From: a virus
Taxonomy: Duplodnaviria > Caudoviricetes
Direction: 5' to 3' (one strand)
IMG/VR virus record: IMGVR_UViG_2974704529_000001
Span: 13,877-77,876 of that record
DNA length: 64,000 nucleotides
The translations under genes and the position numbers were made by a program. Positions 20,031 to 28,465 of this stretch are shown piece by piece. How positions within the stretch are numbered: the first letter of the stretch is position 1; the number at the start of each line of letters is the position of its first letter. The notes beneath the pieces are model-generated. The model saw only the letters and a list, made by a program, of their open reading frames with translations, made no database searches and was not told the DNA's origin.

Positions 20031-20420
20031 CTACAGAGGCGGAATATCGGTGCGCGCTTTGGGCTGGCTAAGTCGGCTCTTGGTCCGTCTCCTCACTGTC
20101 GTTAGCACCGGAGGGTCCAAGGCCCCGTCGCCTCCGTCTGCTATGACCTCACCCTCCCGCTCTAGGAAGTCGATCAGGTCCGTTTTGGATAGGTGGCCGA
20201 AGCGCACCAGCAGATCAACCTTGTCTAGGTGGAAGTGCTCAGCGACCGCCATGAGGTTGGGAATGCTGTTGAGCACGCCTTTGTCCCGCTGCTCGTAATA
20301 GGTGGAGCGGGACATGCCTAGCGCGCTCAGCGCCTCTTGCATACGTACCTGCCGTTTAAGCAGGTAGCTCACTACAACGATCAGGTCATTGTCTTCATCT
20401 CTGGCCGACATGCCGATCAT
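20031..20420 (-). CDS. Immunity repressor (HTH)
   Basis: ALSALGMSRSTYYEQ helix-turn-helix; divergent from a Cro-like gene. Confidence 0.75.
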   Translation of the reverse strand: MIGMSARDEDNDLIVVVSYLLKRQVRMQEALSALGMSRSTYYEQRDKGVLNSIPNLMAVAEHFHLDKVDLLVRFGHLSKTDLIDFLEREGEVIADGGDGALDPPVLTTVRRRTKSRLSQPKARTDIPPL

Positions 20421-20421
20421 C

Positions 20422-20508
20422 TTGTCCGACTATCGGGACAAGTGTCAACCCGGCTGACCAGCAAAGACGGTCTTACACGGCTGTAATTTTGTCCGATCTG
20501 TCGGACAA
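20422..20508. promoter_or_regulatory. Two 20-bp palindromic operators in the switch region
   Basis: TTGTCCGA-CTAT-CGGGACAA (20422-20441) and TTGTCCGA-TCTG-TCGGACAA (20489-20508). Confidence 0.75.
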
Positions 20509-20548
20509 AATACTTCCGAATCGGACCGGACTGTGTACTGTTCAAACC

Positions 20549-20836
20549 GTGACGCCGACAACCTCCCAAACCTCAGCCCACACAATTCGCTGGATTCCCG
20601 AAGCCGTGCAGAATCTCCTGCATAACAACGACATTCTGACCCGCACCGAGCTTGCAAAAACGCTGGGTGTAGCCCGTTCCACCGTGTACCGCACGTTCGA
20701 TGACGACTGGTCCGGTGAGCCGAGCATGACGATGCTGGCGACGATGGCAGGGCACTTCAAAGTCCCCCTAAACCGCATCGTTACCGAGCCTGGCAGCGGC
20801 GGGCCGCGCCGTAGAACTGTCCGGCTGGCCGGATGA
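20549..20836 (+). CDS. Cro-like HTH protein
   Basis: TRTELAKTLGVARSTVYR; GTG start chosen downstream of the operator. Confidence 0.75.
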   Translation: MTPTTSQTSAHTIRWIPEAVQNLLHNNDILTRTELAKTLGVARSTVYRTFDDDWSGEPSMTMLATMAGHFKVPLNRIVTEPGSGGPRRRTVRLAG

Positions 20837-21048
20837 CTGCCGCCACAGAGCTTCTGTCCGATGAACCCGACAGATTGCTTGTGACTCGCCCAGAAGCCGC
20901 ACGAATGCTGTCCCTATCGGTTCCTGAGATTGACCGGCTGCGCCAGGCCGGGAAGCTGCTGGCGAAGAAACACGGCTCAAAGGTGCTGTTTCCGGTGAAA
21001 GAGCTTGAGCGTTTCGCTAACAACCTGCCTTGGGAGCTTGACCAGTGA
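20833..21048 (+). CDS. xis: Excisionase-like HTH protein
   Basis: LLVTRPEAARMLSLS...KKHGSKVLF winged-helix motif. Confidence 0.75.
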   Translation: MTAATELLSDEPDRLLVTRPEAARMLSLSVPEIDRLRQAGKLLAKKHGSKVLFPVKELERFANNLPWELDQ

Positions 21049-21407
21049 CCAGAACCCGCATTGAACCTGACACCGAAGCAGTCGAAGAACTTAAGGCCGC
21101 GTTAGCGCGGCTTAGGAAGGACGGATGGAACCGTGGAAAGTTTCACGATTTCTCAACAGGCAAGTGCTGTGCTCTTGGGGCATTCGGACACCAGTTCCCC
21201 ATGGACTCGCCGGGCGTTAAGTACCTCGCCTACGCAATCCGCACCCGCAAAGCCGGGCACCCATACCCGGCAGACATGCCTGATATGTCCGTCGTCATTC
21301 ATTTCAACGATGCACACGGCAGAAAGTGGGTCGATATTGAAGCCGTATTCCTCGCCGCTATCCGTTACGCGGAAGGTAAAGGCGTCTATGTCCGAGAAGG
21401 CCGTTAG
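21045..21407 (+). CDS. Hypothetical protein
   Basis: GW...CCALGA...FNDAHGR motif common in actinophages. Confidence 0.7.
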   Translation: MTRTRIEPDTEAVEELKAALARLRKDGWNRGKFHDFSTGKCCALGAFGHQFPMDSPGVKYLAYAIRTRKAGHPYPADMPDMSVVIHFNDAHGRKWVDIEAVFLAAIRYAEGKGVYVREGR

Positions 21408-21494
21408 GGATAACGTGCTGGCCGCGCTGTCGCTGGCCGCACTGATCCTGCTGGGTGCCATCGTGCTTAACGATCTGTTCGCGGCGTGGCACGC

Positions 21495-21908
21495 ATGAGT
21501 ACAGCGCCCGTACGGAAACTTGGTTCTATTGTTTCCATATCCCCCGAAAACTACGTAGAGTTATTAGTAGAGGGGGAGGGGATGAGAAAGTTCCGAGACG
21601 TGATCAACGAAGCGCGAAAGGTCGCAATGTTGAATCCACTTGGACGTAACACCGGTAAGGGTTACTACGAGTATGGAGAGCCTTGCTGCTTCTTCGGTCA
21701 CGTCTTGGAACGTCTCGGACTTCCCGTCGCCAAATGGGAAATTGCCCTCTTTAACACCTACACACTTGCTGAACTGCCCTGGCCGCATTGGGGCATCGAA
21801 GAACCTAACGATTATCAGCGGCTATGGATCGCTAAGGTCCAAGCTGCTGCCGATAACGGAGATTCGTGGATTATCGCTATTGCGATGGCTGACGCGACTC
21901 TCATTTAG
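21495..21908 (+). CDS. Hypothetical protein
   Basis: PCCFFGHVL...VQAAADNGDSW motif common in actinophages. Confidence 0.65.
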   Translation: MSTAPVRKLGSIVSISPENYVELLVEGEGMRKFRDVINEARKVAMLNPLGRNTGKGYYEYGEPCCFFGHVLERLGLPVAKWEIALFNTYTLAELPWPHWGIEEPNDYQRLWIAKVQAAADNGDSWIIAIAMADATLI

Positions 21909-22126
21909 ATTTCAGCTAAGCACCTGAGGCTGACTAAACAAATCAGCTGCACATTGTAGAAGTACCTAGTTCTATCTGTTGACCTATACGAAGTAACTCC
22001 GTTGCCGGAGCGTCTGTGTTCAGTGTCCAGACGGCAGAGTGGTTCGCCTGCAAGTAAGTCAGCATGAGTACGTCCGCACTACGAATCGGTCCCTGATGGG
22101 TTTATGTCCTGTCGGCAGCCGGAGAC

Positions 22127-22243
22127 GTGCGGGGTAGCGATACGCGGTTGGTACCCGAGGGTGACCGCATGAAAACGCTCTGGCGGGGTCCGTGGCCTTA
22201 TCTACGGGCCGGGGCATCCAGGTTCGATTCCTGGGTATCGCAC
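22127..22243 (+). ncRNA. tRNA-like structured RNA candidate with expanded D arm
   Basis: GTGCGG/TCGCAC closing stem; perfect T arm CCAGG-TTCGATT-CCTGG; two long internal hairpins. Confidence 0.5.
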
Positions 22244-22396
22244 TGGGCCGGGAGGTTGAGGCGCACGGCACTAACGGGCATTAGTGCTTAGGCGCGGGAC
22301 GTAAGGGTGTGGCGTTCGCGCTGCCTTGTTTGCGCTCCCTCCCGGCCATTCTCTTTCACCACCGATCACCACATCACCACCACGAAAGGGCGCGCT

Positions 22397-22759
22397 ATGA
22401 CGGTTATCTACTTGGGCGAACCGACCGGCCCGCGACTCCGGAGCCTGACCCGTACCAAAGAGCAGGAGCTTGACGCCTGGCTTACCAGTGCGCTTAAGAA
22501 CCCGCCCAAAAAGCGCGACCTGCCTAGCGACCTGGCCGACTTCACCAGGGCTTTAAGTGCCTTAGCTAAGCGTCGGGGTATTCAGTTCCATTTCAACGGG
22601 GACCGTATGCGCGTACGTGGCGAAGTGGTCTTTGGCAGGAACATTCCCGGCTGTGTTGGCGGGTCGAAACGAAAGGTCACGGCGGGTAACGAACGTGAGG
22701 CGTTCACGAAACATGGGCAGCGCGTCGAACCCTGGAATATGAGGGATTGGCGTGAATGA
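22397..22759 (+). CDS. Hypothetical protein
   Basis: ATG after a GAAAGG RBS. Confidence 0.65.
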   Translation: MTVIYLGEPTGPRLRSLTRTKEQELDAWLTSALKNPPKKRDLPSDLADFTRALSALAKRRGIQFHFNGDRMRVRGEVVFGRNIPGCVGGSKRKVTAGNEREAFTKHGQRVEPWNMRDWRE

Positions 22760-22949
22760 GTTGACACCAACGGTACAAGGCATGTACCGTACTGATTGCG
22801 AGGAGTTCAGAAAGTGGCAAAGCAGTTTTCTTGCCCGCTGGAATGTGGAGCCTCTTACTCCGAGGAGTACCAGCTCCACCTTCACGAGTACGCATCCGAA
22901 AAAGGCATCCTTCCGACGTGTGGTCGGGGGGCCGAACGAAAGGCGCACT

Positions 22950-23783
22950 ATGCCGGAGGCGATCACGCTGCAAACGGACTTGAGGCAGCCTGAGAAGCTA
23001 ATGCTGGCCGGGGACTGGCACGGCAATCTGCCGTGGGCGTTCAAGGCGATCCACTTCGCTAAGGCGAACGGCGCAGACACGATTCTGCACGTGGGCGACT
23101 TTGGCTGGTGGGCACCGATTGAGCGGACGTTCCAGTTCCTCTCGGAGGTCGACAAAGAGCTTAAGACGACCGGCATTGACCTCCTGTGGGTCGACGGCAA
23201 CCACGAGGACCACGCGTTCTGGCACCAGTTCAACAAGCCGGGCGCGTATCCACAGACGTTCATGTCCTACTCGTCCATCACGCACTTGCCGCGTGGTTTC
23301 CGGTGGAAGTGGTGGGGCGATACGTGGATGGCGCTGGGTGGCGCTCACTCGGTCGACCGGAGCTGGGCGACGGAGGGTGAAACCTGGTGGCCGGGCGAGT
23401 GGTTGCAGGACGACCAGCTTGAGTACGCATGTCGACCGGGCAATGTCGACATCATCGTGGCGCATGACGCACCTACTAACGTCACGATCCCTGGCATTGT
23501 CCCCGGTAAGGCGATTTACCTGAATATCGGTGGCCTTAAGCGCCGTGTTCCGCAGGTGGACTTGCTTAAGGCTGAGGAGCACCGCGCTCGCATTCAGCAG
23601 GTCGTGGACACGGTTAAGCCGGTCGAGTTCTACCACGGCCATTACCACCGGGCTTATCAGTCGTTGGCTCGTCATGAGGGCGGCGGCTACACCCTGTGTC
23701 GTGGCCTGGATAAGGACGAAACCACGATGGCTAAGAACACCCATTTCATCACCGGAGGGACGCAGGATGACGACGACGACTAA
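22950..23783 (+). CDS. Metallophosphoesterase (calcineurin-like)
   Basis: GDWHG, HVGDFG, DGNHED, AHDAP and HGHYH motifs. Confidence 0.9.
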   Translation: MPEAITLQTDLRQPEKLMLAGDWHGNLPWAFKAIHFAKANGADTILHVGDFGWWAPIERTFQFLSEVDKELKTTGIDLLWVDGNHEDHAFWHQFNKPGAYPQTFMSYSSITHLPRGFRWKWWGDTWMALGGAHSVDRSWATEGETWWPGEWLQDDQLEYACRPGNVDIIVAHDAPTNVTIPGIVPGKAIYLNIGGLKRRVPQVDLLKAEEHRARIQQVVDTVKPVEFYHGHYHRAYQSLARHEGGGYTLCRGLDKDETTMAKNTHFITGGTQDDDDD

Positions 23784-24099
23784 CCCTGAGCGGGAGGTCT
23801 GCCGGTTGCCCAGCGGCGACCTGACGATTAAGGGGACCAAGGTTTGGTTGCCGTCCGCTCCGGACCTGTTGGAGCGGGAGCGTCAGGAGACCGCGCAGCG
23901 GCTCACCGACATTCTCGCCGCTAAGCGGTTCCTGGCCGAGGAGGAGGACCGGGAGTACGGCGGGGCTATCGACTTCGCGTGCCGTAAGGCTAACGAAGAG
24001 GTCGGGCGCGCTAACCAGGTGCTCTACCGGGATATGTCGGGCCGTGACCAGCGCTGGTGGGTCGCTTTCCTTAAGGCGGTGCGCCATGAAGGCGAGTGA
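23767..24099 (+). CDS. Hypothetical protein
   Basis: ATG after a GGAGGGA RBS; tight overlaps with neighbours. Confidence 0.6.
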   Translation: MTTTTNPEREVCRLPSGDLTIKGTKVWLPSAPDLLERERQETAQRLTDILAAKRFLAEEEDREYGGAIDFACRKANEEVGRANQVLYRDMSGRDQRWWVAFLKAVRHEGE

Positions 24100-24403
24100 A
24101 CGGCTAGCGGAGCGTAACGACATTCTCGAAGTCATCGCTGAGATTGATTCCGAGTTGGCCGGGCTAATCGGCGTTAGGTCTTTCCGCGCTGCGCAGGAGG
24201 CGCGGGAGAAGTTGGATATCCGCCGGGGTTTGGAGGCGGAACTTAACTCGCTTGGGTTTAAAGCGCCTGAGCTTGACGAGAGGTTGAAGAACCGTGAGGT
24301 TGCTAGCGGCAGTGCTGCTACTGGTGGTGATCGTTCTGGTGGTGGTGGCGGCGATTCAGTGGTTGCGAAACGCCGTATTGGACCGTCGCCTCAAGCGAGC
24401 TAA
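24086..24403 (+). CDS. Hypothetical coiled-coil protein
   Basis: ORF overlapping both neighbours. Confidence 0.5.
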   Translation: MKASERLAERNDILEVIAEIDSELAGLIGVRSFRAAQEAREKLDIRRGLEAELNSLGFKAPELDERLKNREVASGSAATGGDRSGGGGGDSVVAKRRIGPSPQAS

Positions 24404-24539
24404 CGACCCGTTGCAGTACCTCACCCGGCAGGAGCGTCGGGAACATGCGCGGGCGCTCGCTAAGCGCCACCTGTCCGAGGCGGACGAGGCGTATTACCAG
24501 CGCCTTAACAACATGCTTTACAACACACCGGCTCTGTAA
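24294..24539 (+). CDS. Membrane protein
   Basis: N-terminal transmembrane helix. Confidence 0.65.
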   Translation: MRLLAAVLLLVVIVLVVVAAIQWLRNAVLDRRLKRANDPLQYLTRQERREHARALAKRHLSEADEAYYQRLNNMLYNTPAL

Positions 24540-24576
24540 CTCAGGGCCACCCTCTAAGAAAGGTAATCGCACCAAA

Positions 24577-24705
24577 ATGAAGAAGATCATGGAGTTCTTC
24601 GGTTTCACGTCGGCTGGCAAGTTCATGCCGGAGTGGAAGGCCCTGACCGATCAGGACCGGGAGCAGCTCAAGGCCGGTATCGAGGACGGCTCGCTGACCT
24701 ACTAA
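24577..24705 (+). CDS. Small conserved actinophage protein
   Basis: EWKALTDQDREQLKAGIEDGSLTY; GAAAGG RBS. Confidence 0.7.
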   Translation: MKKIMEFFGFTSAGKFMPEWKALTDQDREQLKAGIEDGSLTY

Positions 24706-24720
24706 CCGCACTTCCTAACT

Positions 24721-24756
24721 AAGCCCCCACTGACTTCGGTTGGTGGGGGCTTTGTT
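24721..24756 (+). terminator. Intrinsic terminator-like hairpin
   Basis: AAGCCCCCAC pairs with GTGGGGGCTT, followed by TGTTGT. Confidence 0.55.
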
Positions 24757-24796
24757 GTGCGTAAAAAACAAATCCCTTTAGAAAGGAACCCTTACG

Positions 24797-25747
24797 TTGA
24801 ACCGTAAGAAGATTGCCACTCTCGCACTCGCTGGCCTGGTGGCGCTCCCGATTGTCGGGTGTTCGACTCAGATTCCGGCGGGCCAGAAGGCCGTTAAGGT
24901 CGAGGACTACGCGATCATTCCGACCGCGCCTGAGCTGATCGGCTGCCAAGACCCAGAGACTTCGGCTTACAACCCGATTGGCGGGTATGAGACGTACCCG
25001 TATCCGACGCGGCTGATCAATTACGACATGACCGGCGAGCGGGACCAGAGCGGGAACCTGATCGCTGAGGCTGAGGCCACTGTGGTTGTGTCCAACGCTA
25101 AGGCTCCGGCTGAGCTGCGGGTGCCGATCCAGTTGACGTTCGACATGACGAGCGACTGTGACGCGTTGCAGGACTTCCACCGGGAGATTGCTACGCAGTA
25201 CAGCGCGTGGCTGAACGACGACGGCTCGGTGTCGGCTGGCTACCTGGACATGCTGCGGAACATCGTCGGCCTGCCTGCGCAGCAGACGTTGATCAAGACG
25301 GCGCAGAAGTACACGTGGCGTGAAATCTGGAACGACGAGAATGTGCGCGTCGAGTTCCAGAACGCGCTGCGGGAGACGCTGCCGGAGACCGTTAAGGCGC
25401 GTACCGGCGGTCGGGAATACTTCAACAACTTCACGGTCGTTGTTGGTAAGCCCACTCCGGTGGATCAGAACTTGGTGAATGCCATCACCGCTGAGCAGTC
25501 GGCGCTTGCCGAGGCTCAGGCGCGCGAGGCTAAGGGTGTCGCGGACGCTAAGGCGGCTGAGGCTCAGGCTAACGCGGAAGTTACCTCCGCTGAGGCTCAG
25601 ACCAAGGTGGCGCAGGAGAAGGCCAAGCAGCGCCAGGCTGAGGTTTCGGGCTACCCGTCTGAGGACACCTACCTCAAGCAGAAGGCGATTGACGCTGGTA
25701 TCACTCCGTGGCCCGCGCCGATTGTTACCGGGATGCCGGTGCGCTAA
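24797..25747 (+). CDS. SPFH/band-7-like lipoprotein
   Basis: Lipobox IVGC, SPFH-like core, alanine-rich coiled coil. Confidence 0.75.
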   Translation: MNRKKIATLALAGLVALPIVGCSTQIPAGQKAVKVEDYAIIPTAPELIGCQDPETSAYNPIGGYETYPYPTRLINYDMTGERDQSGNLIAEAEATVVVSNAKAPAELRVPIQLTFDMTSDCDALQDFHREIATQYSAWLNDDGSVSAGYLDMLRNIVGLPAQQTLIKTAQKYTWREIWNDENVRVEFQNALRETLPETVKARTGGREYFNNFTVVVGKPTPVDQNLVNAITAEQSALAEAQAREAKGVADAKAAEAQANAEVTSAEAQTKVAQEKAKQRQAEVSGYPSEDTYLKQKAIDAGITPWPAPIVTGMPVR

Positions 25748-25842
25748 TGCTTAGCCGCATTAAGCCAGGCGATATCCGGTTCCTGGCCTTTAGCGTCATC
25801 GTGATTGCGGTGTGCGTTATCGGCCTGGCGATCTTCGCCTAA
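25747..25842 (+). CDS. 31-aa single-pass membrane peptide
   Basis: MLSRIKPGDIRFLAFSVIVIAVCVIGLAIFA; TAATG overlap with the SPFH gene. Confidence 0.55.
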   Translation: MLSRIKPGDIRFLAFSVIVIAVCVIGLAIFA

Positions 25843-25928
25843 CTAACCCTCCCTAGATGGGGCGCGCATATCTAGGGGTGATTAACGCACGCGCACCCTA
25901 AACCCTGTGAGAATTAAGGAAAAACACC

Positions 25929-26354
25929 ATGTCGAAAAAGTCCCTGTTCAAGCAACCGGGTGTCGAACAGTTGCTCCCCGGCGCGGACCTACCGGTCGGC
26001 GTTAAGGTCACCGGTCGCAACATGCACGCCGTGTCGCTGCTGGCGTCGGTGAGCGGCGAGGCGCTGGGTCGTCGGACCATCGTCAAGTCCTACTTTGAGG
26101 AGGACGGCTCGCTGTCACACGTCAGGATTGTTGACGAGGACGGCACCGTCGATATCAAGGCGGGCGACTACATGACCCTCGGTGACGACCGCAAGACCAT
26201 CGTCGTGGTCACTCCGGAGGTTTACGCGCAGCTTAAGTCGGTGCTGCCTCTGGTCGTCGCGCTCGGTGATGCCTTTGCCGGTGCTGGCGCTACTGGCCTG
26301 CCGATCTTTGACGGCCTGGCCGGTGTGTTCGGGACCATGTTCGGGAGCGTCTAA
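25929..26354 (+). CDS. Hypothetical protein
   Basis: AAGGA RBS; phage-like codon usage. Confidence 0.7.
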   Translation: MSKKSLFKQPGVEQLLPGADLPVGVKVTGRNMHAVSLLASVSGEALGRRTIVKSYFEEDGSLSHVRIVDEDGTVDIKAGDYMTLGDDRKTIVVVTPEVYAQLKSVLPLVVALGDAFAGAGATGLPIFDGLAGVFGTMFGSV

Positions 26355-26593
26355 TGGCGCTGTTCAAAAAGCCCGTTCCCGTCGTCGCTCCTCCTAAGTC
26401 CGTAGCGTCCATTACGGCGGGGCTGAGCGACACTCTCGCGGAGCTTGAGGCACACGCCGACCACCAGGCAGAGCAGGTGTCGTTTCAGAACATGCTCGCG
26501 GAGCAGGCGCGGAATGCCGCTAAGGCGCATGAGGTAGAGCACGACAAGGCGCTTAAGGTTGCCGGGAATATCAGGGCGCTACTCGACTCGTGA
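26354..26593 (+). CDS. Hypothetical coiled-coil protein
   Basis: TAATG coupling with the upstream gene. Confidence 0.7.
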   Translation: MALFKKPVPVVAPPKSVASITAGLSDTLAELEAHADHQAEQVSFQNMLAEQARNAAKAHEVEHDKALKVAGNIRALLDS

Positions 26594-26719
26594 TCAATTT
26601 CGTTTTGCGGAACCTGTCCGCGCTTCATTACTTCCGTAAGGAGCGCGGCAGGTTTCCCACACTCAAAGAATTTCGTGATGAAACACGATGACACTACGAC
26701 CTTGCCCTAAGGAGAACTA

Positions 26720-28150
26720 ATGACGACGTTTTTGCAGAGCCTTACCGGCCAGCTCAACACGACCCGCACGGAGAACGGCGATAAGGCGCATAAGTCGTCG
26801 CTTGATCCGGTGGTCGATTACTTCGGTTTGGCGGGCGCTATGCGTGACCGCGCCGAGGCGAGCGCTGATCTGTTTGAGAAGGCGTTCCGCGTTGACCCGC
26901 AGGCTGCCGTGCGGACCCTGTTCTATCTGCGCGATGTGCGCGGGGGCCAGGGGGAGCGTGACGTGTTCCGCGCGGGCCTCAAGCGCCTGTTTGCCGTCGA
27001 CCCGTACACGGCGATGGCTGTTGTTGAGCACGTCCCGTTCTATGGGCGCTGGGATGACTTGTTCATCTTCGGGTCTCAGGTTCCGGCGGGTATCTCAGCG
27101 ATCATTCGGAACCAGTGGTCCGACGACGTTGACGCTTACGAGCGCGGCGAGAAGGTCTCGCTACTGGCTAAGTGGCTGCCGTCCGACAAGAGCCGGTCGA
27201 ACTTGGAGCTGGCTATCGCGGTCCGCGAAATGCTGGGTCTGACTCAGCGGGAGTACCGCCAGACGCTTAGCGCGCTTCGGGGTCGTATCGACCTGCTCGA
27301 GCACGCCATGTCGGAGGGCGTGTACGCGAACGTCGACTACGGCAAGATTCCGGCGCAGGCGCACCGTAAGCACGTTAAGGCGTTCCGGCGCAACGACGGC
27401 GAGCGGTACCAGGCGTTCCTAGACGCGGTTGACCGTGGCGAGGCCAAGGTGAACACGTCGACCCTGTATCCGTACGAGCTGTACGACATGGTTAAGGGTG
27501 GGGACGCGGCTGCCGCTAACACGCTGTGGAACAACCTGCCGGACTACACGCGCCCCGGCCAGGACGCGATCGTTCTAGCGGACGTTTCAGGCTCGATGTG
27601 GGGTCGGCCTATGTCGGTGTCTGTGTCGCTGGCTTTGTACTTCGCAGAGCGCAACACAGGGCCGTATAAGGGCTACTTCATGACGTTCGCCTCTACGCCT
27701 GAGCTGGTGCAGGTAACCGGTAAGACGTTGGAGCAGAAGCTTCACGCTATCGAGCACTCGACTGGCTGGTGTGGGTCGACCGACTTGGAAGCGGCGTTTA
27801 AGGCGATCCTGCGCGCCGGTAAGCAGTCGGGCACCGTCCCGGCGACGCTCTACGTCGTGTCGGACATGCAGTTCAATCAGGCGCTTAACCACGCTGATCT
27901 GAGCGTGTTTGAGTCGGCCCGGCTGGACTTCCAGCGGGCGGGGCTTGAGCTGCCGCATGTCGTGTTCTGGAACGTCAATGCGCGCCACGATCAGCTTCCG
28001 GCCACGATCCTTGACGGGAACGTGACGCTGGTGTCTGGCCTGGCGGCTACGACGTTCGGCATGGCTGTGGAGGGTAAGACCCCTCGTGAGCTGGTAAATG
28101 ACGTGATCAACAGCGAGCGGTACTCGCAGATCAACGTTTACGGTTCCTAA
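26720..28150 (+). CDS. Ro60-like RNA-binding protein (DUF2828/TROVE-like plus vWA domain)
   Basis: TENG...SSLDPVVDYF, RDVRGGQGER, YGRWDDL, AKWLP; MIDAS-like DVSGSM; SDMQF; FWNV. Confidence 0.85.
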   Translation: MTTFLQSLTGQLNTTRTENGDKAHKSSLDPVVDYFGLAGAMRDRAEASADLFEKAFRVDPQAAVRTLFYLRDVRGGQGERDVFRAGLKRLFAVDPYTAMAVVEHVPFYGRWDDLFIFGSQVPAGISAIIRNQWSDDVDAYERGEKVSLLAKWLPSDKSRSNLELAIAVREMLGLTQREYRQTLSALRGRIDLLEHAMSEGVYANVDYGKIPAQAHRKHVKAFRRNDGERYQAFLDAVDRGEAKVNTSTLYPYELYDMVKGGDAAAANTLWNNLPDYTRPGQDAIVLADVSGSMWGRPMSVSVSLALYFAERNTGPYKGYFMTFASTPELVQVTGKTLEQKLHAIEHSTGWCGSTDLEAAFKAILRAGKQSGTVPATLYVVSDMQFNQALNHADLSVFESARLDFQRAGLELPHVVFWNVNARHDQLPATILDGNVTLVSGLAATTFGMAVEGKTPRELVNDVINSERYSQINVYGS

Positions 28151-28157
28151 TGTTTCC

Positions 28158-28186
28158 GATACCGGGTGCCGCCCGGTATCTTTAAT
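28158..28186 (+). terminator. Hairpin after the Ro-like gene
   Basis: GATACCGGG pairs with CCCGGTATC, followed by TTT. Confidence 0.5.
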
Positions 28187-28190
28187 CTTG

Positions 28191-28242
28191 TGGACGCTAA
28201 CAGCAACTAAAACTGTTTGCGGATAACAAAGAAATGCGTCCA
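28191..28242 (+). ncRNA. Y-RNA-like element 1
   Basis: TGGACGC/GCGTCCA stem; TAACAGCAA after the 5' strand; inner TGTT/AACA hairpin. Confidence 0.7.
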
Positions 28243-28253
28243 GTTAAAACGTG

Positions 28254-28375
28254 TGGACTCCTACAGCAATTACAACGCTTCCACTGTTAATGGCGAGGTC
28301 TGGGTTCGAGTCCCAGTAGCGGCCCCGTGTCGCTGTAGCTTAAGGGCAGAGCGCGTATGCAAAAAACGGAGTCCA
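28254..28375 (+). ncRNA. Y-RNA-like element 2 (YrlA-like) enclosing a circularly permuted tRNA-Asn(GTT) fold
   Basis: TGGACTCC/GGAGTCCA stem and ACAGCAA, then anticodon arm, T arm (GGTTCGAGTCC), closed acceptor stem and D arm, in that order. Confidence 0.8.
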
Positions 28376-28386
28376 GTAAGCGGTTG

Positions 28387-28447
28387 TGGTCACTAACAGC
28401 AATCCTATGAAATCAATTTAACTGAAACTGATAATCAAATGTGACCA
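28387..28447 (+). ncRNA. Y-RNA-like element 3
   Basis: TGGTCAC/GTGACCA stem; TAACAGCAA; A/T-rich loop. Confidence 0.7.
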
Positions 28448-28465
28448 GTCTTGCCGCGCCAGATT

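Noticed and set aside
22127-22243. tmRNA or ochre-suppressor tRNA
   Set aside because: No tag ORF, too short, no G3-U70/CCA identity, and the central loop is 6 nt without U33 geometry.
28191-28447. CRISPR array
   Set aside because: Only three units. The shared part is a paired stem plus ACAGCAA rather than an identical direct repeat, the inserts vary widely in length, and there are no cas genes.
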